Shown: piece after piece, positions 57,907-64,000 of the stretch
Layout: each line of letters begins with the position of its first letter
Numbering within the stretch: position 1 is the stretch's first letter
Program-made: the position numbers and the translations under genes
The notes under the pieces: generated by a model
The model's database searches: none
The model's input: only the letters and a program-made list of their open reading frames with translations
Told to the model about the DNA's origin: nothing
Assembly: GCA_048938005.1 (NCBI GenBank)
Contig: JBHLMQ010000012.1
Span: forward strand, 12,038 to 76,037
Length of the DNA stretch: 64,000 nt
Reading direction: 5' to 3'
From: Promethearchaeota archaeon
GTDB lineage: Archaea; Asgardarchaeota; Lokiarchaeia; Sigyniarchaeales; SOKP01

Positions 57907-59106
57907 ATGGATTTAGTTAATCAAGTTAGAATTTTTATCGAAAATTTAATTGGTATTATATTTTCTGTTTATTTCATCATATTTTTACTATGTATGATTC
58001 TAATCTATCACATTTTGGCATATTTTATCAAAGATAAAAAATATATAGGAACAATTAAAAAAGGTAAAAATACTAAAGAAACTCAAATAAGTTCTCTTAC
58101 AGAATTTCCTTTAGTTAATATAATTATACCTGCTTGGAATGAAGGAGAGATCTTTAGAGGATGTTTAAAGTGTATTAAAAATTTAACTTATCCAAATTTA
58201 AAAGTACTTATAAATGCTGGTGGTTCTGAAAAAACAATAGAGATAGCAGAGTCTTATAAAAATTTCGAAAATTTCAAAATTTTATATCAAAAAAAGGGTG
58301 AAGGGAAGATTAAAGCTATAAACGATTGCCTTGCTCATATATCAGAAGGATTAGTTTATTTAATTGATGCTGATACATATCTAGATGATGAAATATTCTT
58401 AAAAACAATTCATCCTCTAATTAATGAGAATAATAATGTTATAGTGGTTAGAGTTAAACCACATAAATCACTTAAAAGTAATAATTTAGTAAAATATCTT
58501 GTTATTAATCGAAATATTAAATTTCGTGGATATATTTCAAATAAAATAAAATATGTTAGTCAAAATACAGGACTAAAATACGAAGTCATTAAAAAACTTA
58601 AAAAATTTTCTGAAAATAAATTATCAGATGATGGTTTAGCTATTGGATCAGATCTCATGTCCCAGGGCTTTAAAATTAAACTTCTGGATGATCAAGTTGA
58701 ATCTTTTAATTTTCCAACTAAAATAAAGGGGTATATCAAGCAAAATTTAAGATGGATAGAAAATAGTTTATTTGCTTCAAAAAGGAATCGAAAAGTTAGG
58801 ATTTTAAAATTTATAGGATTAGTGTGTATTTCATTTTATTTTTTTCTATCTTTCTTTTTAGCATTTTTGAATATATATTTATTTTTATTTGGCTTATTTT
58901 TACTTTTAAGTCTATATCTGAAAAGAATTAGAAAAATGGTTTTTTTTAAAAAAACCAAAGAGAATAGAAAAATATCTTTTCAGTTTTCTTTCTTTCTTTT
59001 TATGATTTATTTTATAATTGTTGATTTATTAATAAACATTATAGTCTTTTTAGAGATGATTTTTTTCAGAAAGGCTTATAAAAAGAGAAAAAATCTTTTA
59101 GATTAA
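57907..59106 (+). CDS. Membrane-embedded GT2 with processive-synthase motifs (NodC/PgaC/HAS-like)
   Basis: NIIIPAWNEGE, YLIDADTYLDD, LSDDGLAIG and QNLRWIEN (QxxRW). One N-terminal and several C-terminal TM segments. Confidence 0.7.
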   Translation: MDLVNQVRIFIENLIGIIFSVYFIIFLLCMILIYHILAYFIKDKKYIGTIKKGKNTKETQISSLTEFPLVNIIIPAWNEGEIFRGCLKCIKNLTYPNLKVLINAGGSEKTIEIAESYKNFENFKILYQKKGEGKIKAINDCLAHISEGLVYLIDADTYLDDEIFLKTIHPLINENNNVIVVRVKPHKSLKSNNLVKYLVINRNIKFRGYISNKIKYVSQNTGLKYEVIKKLKKFSENKLSDDGLAIGSDLMSQGFKIKLLDDQVESFNFPTKIKGYIKQNLRWIENSLFASKRNRKVRILKFIGLVCISFYFFLSFFLAFLNIYLFLFGLFLLLSLYLKRIRKMVFFKKTKENRKISFQFSFFLFMIYFIIVDLLINIIVFLEMIFFRKAYKKRKNLLD

Positions 59107-59143
59107 TTAACAAATTTAAAATGTCTATTAAGAGTGATATATA

Positions 59144-59878
59144 ATGAAATTACCTCCAGCTATGAGAAAATTGATCAATATATTTTATCGAAACATTTAT
59201 ATTAAATTAATTTACAAACATCTTGCTAAAAATAAAGATATAAGAAAGCAAATAATCGATAATTTTCACAAACTCTTCTATAAAACCGCTGCGTTTAAAG
59301 GTACTTGGCAGGACATGAAATGGTTAGGTGTAAAGATTCTTAAAAATCCTTTCGATTTATGGATATTTCAAGAAGTAATTTTTGATGTTAGACCAAGTAT
59401 TATTTTAGAATGTGGAACAAAATTTGGAGGGAGTGCTTTATATTTAGCATCTTTATGTGATTTAATCAATAAGGGAAAAATTATATCAATTGATATTGAA
59501 CATTATAATAATAGACCCCAACATAAAAGAATAAAATATTTACTCGGCTCATCTGTTTCTGAAGAAATATTCTTTCAAGTTAAAAATGAAATTAAAAAAA
59601 ATGATAATGTTTTAGTGATTTTAGATTCTGATCATCGGAAAGAGCATGTAATTAAAGAATTAAATTTATATGCTCCATTGGTCTCTCCAGGAAGTTATAT
59701 TATAGTTGAAGATACTCATTTAAATGGGCATCCTATAGATCCATTTTTTGGTCCTGGACCCATGGAAGCTGTTAAAGAATTCTTAAAACAGAATCAAGAT
59801 TTTGAAATAGACAAAACTAAAGAAAAATTTTATATGACATGGAACCCAAATGGGTATCTTAAAAAAAAAAACGTATAA
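59144..59878 (+). CDS. CmcI/cephalosporin-hydroxylase-family methyltransferase (sugar O-methyltransferase type)
   Basis: WLGVKILKNPFDLWIFQEVIFDVRPSIILECGTKFGGSALYLA, LDSDH, IVEDT. Confidence 0.75.
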   Translation: MKLPPAMRKLINIFYRNIYIKLIYKHLAKNKDIRKQIIDNFHKLFYKTAAFKGTWQDMKWLGVKILKNPFDLWIFQEVIFDVRPSIILECGTKFGGSALYLASLCDLINKGKIISIDIEHYNNRPQHKRIKYLLGSSVSEEIFFQVKNEIKKNDNVLVILDSDHRKEHVIKELNLYAPLVSPGSYIIVEDTHLNGHPIDPFFGPGPMEAVKEFLKQNQDFEIDKTKEKFYMTWNPNGYLKKKNV

Positions 59879-59925
59879 ATTTACTATTATAGAAATTTAA
59901 GAGTAAGAAGTTAAAAAATAAAATA

Positions 59926-60068
59926 GTTTTCCTAATTACAATCGATGCATTAAGGGCAGATCATTTAAAATCTTATGGTTATTATAGAAATCATGCTCCA
60001 AACCTAGAAAAATTTATAACCTTCGGGAAGATTTTTTCTCAATTCTGAATGTAACAATTCCGCCTGTT
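59926..60068 (+). pseudogene. Mosaic remnant: N-terminal fragment of a sulfatase-fold gene joined out of frame to an N-terminal fragment of a COG3379 AlkP gene
   Basis: VFLITIDALRADHLKSYGYYRNHAPNLEKF parallels residues 10-39 of ORF 60345..61817 (VFLITIDALRADHLRFYGYHRNTAPNLEKF). The following tgaatgtaacaattccgcctgt matches tgaatgtaacgattcctcctgt at 61949 at 20 of 22 positions. Confidence 0.7.
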
Positions 60069-60344
60069 ATGCTTCTATTATGGACTTTGGTGTATGCTTG
60101 TATCACAATTAGTTTTTATTTCTACAAAAAAAAGTATTAATGATATTTTTAATTGGTTCTTTAGAGCAAATTAATATTCCCAGGAGTTACTTAACATTCT
60201 GGATTTTAACCAGATAATGATAGCTCTTTAGATTATTATAATATTTCGAAAAAATTAAATAAATAAATTTAATTTGAAGTAAAAACATACTCTGTTTTTT
60301 TCTTCCCTAAAATTATTTAATTTTGTATAATTATAAATATAAGA

Positions 60345-61817
60345 ATGGAAAAGACTCCTAATGAAAAAGCAGTTTTCCTTATAACTATCGATGCTTTAAG
60401 AGCAGATCATTTGAGATTTTATGGATATCATAGAAATACAGCACCAAATTTAGAAAAATTTTCTGAAAACGGAACCACTTTTTTAAATACTATAACAAAT
60501 GGTCCAGAAACACCTTCTTCCTTTTCTACAATTTTTAGCTCCCAATTACCTTTTTCTGGTGGTGGTTATAGCCCTTTACCATTAAATAAAATCATTTTTC
60601 CTCAAATACTCAAAAAGAATGGAATATTCACATATGGAATTCATAGTAATCCGCATTTAGGGGAATTTTTTAATTACAATCGCGGTTTTGACATATTTTT
60701 AGATGGTGAGAGATATAAATCAGAATTTCATGGACCAAAAAGATATTCATTTAAAACTGTTTTAAGACTAAAAATAAGAAAAATATTAAACTATAGAAAT
60801 CTTTCGAGGAAACTTACTTATCGCATTAAAGGATTCAATAATATTAAATATTGGATACGGGAGAAATTTCCTTTTTTAACAGAGTTATTCCTACCTTTTT
60901 TATCAATTGCTTACAACGCGACATTTGTGACCAAGACCATTATCTCATTTCTTCAAAAATATGAAGGACCACTCTTTTTATGGGCACATTTTATGGATGT
61001 ACATAGTCCTTTCAATCCACCTTCTAAAAATATTTTAAATTTTAGAGATAAAGATATTAGATATTTAGAAAGAGAGTTCTTAAATGAACATATACGTTTA
61101 AGGCCAGAAGAATTCAACGTAACTGAGGAATTAGTTAACAATTTGAAAGATTTATATGATGGTGAGATCAATTTTTTAGATGAATCCTTAGATAATTTGC
61201 TCAAATTAATTAAAAAAAAGTACAAAAGGGAATGTTTAATAATAATAACTGCAGATCATGGTGAATCTTTTTATGAACATGGGTATTTTCATCATACAGG
61301 AAGCATTTACGATGAATTATTAAAGGTCCCATTATTTCTCGTGGAGATAGGTAAAAAACCTCAAGTAAAAAAAATAGAAAAATTAGTTCAACTAAAAGAT
61401 ATTCCTGTTACTATTCTAGATTACTTTAATATCAACATCCCTCAAGATTATCAGGGTAAAAGTCTTTTACCTCTACTCTCTGGAAACCAAATTGAAGATG
61501 AAAGGTATGTGATTTCAGAATGTTATCAGAAAAGCGGAAAAATAAAAAGGAATAATAAAGAGGGTTTTATTTTAATCTCGATAAGATCTAAAAAATGGAA
61601 ATATATCTATGATGAAGAGAAAAATTTAGAACATTTCTATGATCTTTTAACTGATCCAATGGAAAAAAATAATCTTATTGAGGATCCCCCCGAAGATTTA
61701 GAAGAATTTCGAGAGATTAAAGATCTTCATTTAAAAAGAGTAAGAGATTCACAAGAAAAACTTAAAATTTTAAAATCTATTAGTAAAATTAAATATGAGC
61801 AAAATCAAAATAATTAG
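60345..61817 (+). CDS. Sulfatase-fold (AlkP superfamily) protein lacking the C/S-x-P-x-R formylglycine motif
   Basis: ITIDALRADHL, ITADHGESFYEHGYFHH. The position of CxPxR reads E-T-P-S-S (NGPETPSSFSTIFSS). Confidence 0.7.
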   Translation: MEKTPNEKAVFLITIDALRADHLRFYGYHRNTAPNLEKFSENGTTFLNTITNGPETPSSFSTIFSSQLPFSGGGYSPLPLNKIIFPQILKKNGIFTYGIHSNPHLGEFFNYNRGFDIFLDGERYKSEFHGPKRYSFKTVLRLKIRKILNYRNLSRKLTYRIKGFNNIKYWIREKFPFLTELFLPFLSIAYNATFVTKTIISFLQKYEGPLFLWAHFMDVHSPFNPPSKNILNFRDKDIRYLEREFLNEHIRLRPEEFNVTEELVNNLKDLYDGEINFLDESLDNLLKLIKKKYKRECLIIITADHGESFYEHGYFHHTGSIYDELLKVPLFLVEIGKKPQVKKIEKLVQLKDIPVTILDYFNINIPQDYQGKSLLPLLSGNQIEDERYVISECYQKSGKIKRNNKEGFILISIRSKKWKYIYDEEKNLEHFYDLLTDPMEKNNLIEDPPEDLEEFREIKDLHLKRVRDSQEKLKILKSISKIKYEQNQNN

Positions 61818-61821
61818 GCGG

Positions 61822-63145
61822 ATGATTATATATAAGAAATATAATTCTCGGAATTGATGGTGGAACATTCAACCATATTATTCCATATATCAAGAAGAGG
61901 TTATTACCTAACTTTAAAAAACTATTTCGAGAGGGATTTTACTCCGATTTGAATGTAACGATTCCTCCTGTAACAATTCCTTCATTTCCTTGTCTTTTTA
62001 CTGGTCTGTCAGTTAAGGATCTTGGATATTGTACTTTTTATGATCCATCATTTGGTATTTTTTCTTCAAAATTATGGAGAGAATGGAGTATAATGAGTAA
62101 TACTAATCTACGTATATTTTGTTTAAATCTCCCATCCTCATATCCAGCTTGGAACTTTAACGGTGAAATGATAACAGGGATGATAACTCCCACATTGAAT
62201 GAAAAAATGTACTTTCCTAATGGGATTGGTAAAATAATTAGAAAGGACTGGATAATTGACGGATCCGATATTAATGAAATTTTTCAAGCCTTTAAAATTA
62301 AAAGTAAATTGTTTTTAGAAAAATTGAAAGAAGATTTTGAATTATTTATCTATATCATCCGCGTCCCGGACTGTATAACCCATCACCCTAAATATAGATT
62401 AAAACGTACTCAAGATATTATAAAAGAGGGATATAAAAGAATCGATAATTTTTTGGGAAAAATACTAAGTTCAATAAATTTTGACAATTTATTTATCATC
62501 AGCGATCATGGTTTAAAAATTTATCAATATGAATTTAATATCAAGCGTTTTCTAGAAAAAGAAAAAGTTTTATTCTATAATAATGATAAAATCTCTAAAT
62601 TTATGAGTATTTTCGTTAAAATATTTGGATTTTTTAATAGAACTCTATTTGATACAACTTTTTTTCATAATAACTTTAAAACGTTCTTAACAAAATTAAA
62701 AGCTAAAATTAATCCTTCGGGTTCTCAAAATAAAAAAATAAATATTCTAAATAAGTCAAGGTTTATACATTTCTATTCAAATTATGGAGGATTATATTTA
62801 AGTGAATATGATAAAAAATTCAAAAAAAAAATTAAAATTATATCAAAAAAATGTAAATATATTGAAGATGTCATAGAATTTGATTCAAAAACATTACCTG
62901 ATCTCATTTTTTGTTTAAAAAGTAATTACCTCTATAGTGTTAAGAGTTCTTTTTTCTTAAAAAACCGCTTCAATTCCTTTAATCATTCTGATAAAGGAAT
63001 TTTTATCGCGTATGGAAAAAATATTATACATGGACGTTCTAACGAAACTAATTATTTGGACTTTATTCCTACGCTTTTAAAATTATATGAAATCCCAATT
63101 CCTGCTCATATGAGAGGGAGAATTCTCAAAATAATCAATAAATAG
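61822..63145 (+). CDS. COG3379-type AlkP-superfamily phosphodiesterase-like protein; the 5' end requires a +1 frameshift or a non-canonical start
   Basis: Conserved N-terminal IILGIDGGTFNHIIPYIKKRLLPNF is encoded upstream of the track start (61949), in a frame that opens at 61826 without ATG, GTG or TTG. The ATG at 61822 is in the -1 frame. Skipping T61840 gives MIIYKKIILGIDGG. Also PPVTIPSFPCLFTG and IISDHGLK. Confidence 0.65.
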
Positions 63146-63179
63146 GAAATCATCATTAAGAATAGAACGATTTCTAAAG

Positions 63180-64000
63180 TTATGAAACTTTATCAATTAA
63201 GTTTCTAAACATTTTGATTTCTATTTCAGTTGAATAATTCTTAATTACAAATTCTTGTGCTTGGTTTTGCAGTTGATTGATTTTTTCGGGTGATTCTTTC
63301 CATAATTTATATACTTCATTTATTTTTTCACAAAAACCCTTGGGGTCTAATTTATCAATAAAAAATGCAAATTCTTTTCCCTTTAATAACTCAATAGAAC
63401 CTATTGTTTTACTACAAATAATTACCAATCTTGCTGCTAATGCTTCCATTAATACTCTAGGAAAGGGTTCTCTTCTAGAGGAAAATAGAAACACATCACT
63501 TTTTCCATAAAAATTAGCTATTTGATCATAGCTAATATATCCATTGAATTTAATATAATTTGGAAATCTTTTTTCTAATGCACAAATATCCGATTCTAAT
63601 GGTCCCATACCACAAAATTCAAAAATAACATCATTAGGATTGTTCTTTTCAATGAAGATTTCAATCCCTTTCAGTAAAACTTTTATCCCTTTATGAACAT
63701 CATCTAAATATCCAACATAGATGAATTTTAGTATTTCCTTTTTATTTTTAGAAAAATTTCTGGAAACATAATCTTTTAATTGGATTCCATGAGTTATATG
63801 CACAACTTTCTTAGGATCATAAAAATTATCTAAGAATTTTTTAGCATAACGAGATAATGCGTGATGGTAAATTCTTTTCCTAAATAAAGAAAATAGTAAT
63901 ATAGAAGCTCTATATCTTACGTTGTATAATGAAAATAATTTATTTGAATATAATGGTCTCCTATAACCTATTATAAATTTTGACTTTCGATTGATAATAC
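63180..64000 (-). CDS. GT4 glycosyltransferase, 5' end outside the window
   Basis: EPFPRVLMEALAARLVIICS (E-x7-E region). My translation stays open upstream of the track GTG (63803) to base 64000: ...RASILLFSLFRKRIYHHALSRYAKKFLDNFYDPKKVVHITHG. Confidence 0.7.
   Translation of the reverse strand, partial: IINRKSKFIIGYRRPLYSNKLFSLYNVRYRASILLFSLFRKRIYHHALSRYAKKFLDNFYDPKKVVHITHGIQLKDYVSRNFSKNKKEILKFIYVGYLDDVHKGIKVLLKGIEIFIEKNNPNDVIFEFCGMGPLESDICALEKRFPNYIKFNGYISYDQIANFYGKSDVFLFSSRREPFPRVLMEALAARLVIICSKTIGSIELLKGKEFAFFIDKLDPKGFCEKINEVYKLWKESPEKINQLQNQAQEFVIKNYSTEIEIKMFRNLIDKVS

Overview
The window is strongly AT-rich (by eye about 70% A+T), gene-dense and archaeal in character. No rRNA, tRNA, CRISPR array or transposase was recognised. 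Gene content fits an Asgard (Lokiarchaeia-like) archaeon; this placement is an inference from eukaryote-signature genes and composition, not a database hit.

Layout:
(a) 1-4436, minus strand. A giant gene open at the window edge and absent from the supplied ORF track. It has at least 1478 codons and at least 13 tandem repeats of about 115 aa. Each repeat is an MIT/TPR-like helical module with a near-invariant Trp plus a charged coiled-coil linker.
(b) 4.6-13.2 kb. Mostly housekeeping genes (RACo-like corrinoid activator, aspartate kinase, PHP phosphoesterase, ApbE-like), a Rab-like small GTPase, and a two-gene operon of a Roadblock/LC7-like protein and a 612-aa longin-like/GTPase/disordered/coiled-coil protein.
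(c) 13.3-34.4 kb. Glycan island 1: an ECA-like dTDP-Fuc4NAc module including a GT56 WecF-like transferase, rhamnose-type enzymes, GT2/GT4 transferases, methyltransferases, a flippase and a large GT-C-like membrane protein.
(d) 34.7-39.8 kb. A protein with four catalytically dead E2-variant (UEV) domains and a C-terminal RING-H2-like finger, followed by ileS.
(e) 39.9-64 kb. Glycan island 2: a heptose-nucleotide pathway (GmhA, HddA, GmhB) co-clustered with non-oxidative pentose-phosphate genes and a degenerate HldE-like pseudokinase. It also holds a PAPS operon (sat, AlkP-family gene, cysC), a carbohydrate-type sulfotransferase, four AlkP/sulfatase-fold paralogues, GT2/GT4 transferases and a second flippase.

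The islands carry several decayed gene remnants, two probable frameshifts and one probable non-AUG start. The best candidates for new biology are the 4xUEV-RING protein, the giant repeat protein, the Roadblock plus multidomain GTPase pair, and the sulfated-heptose glycan machinery.
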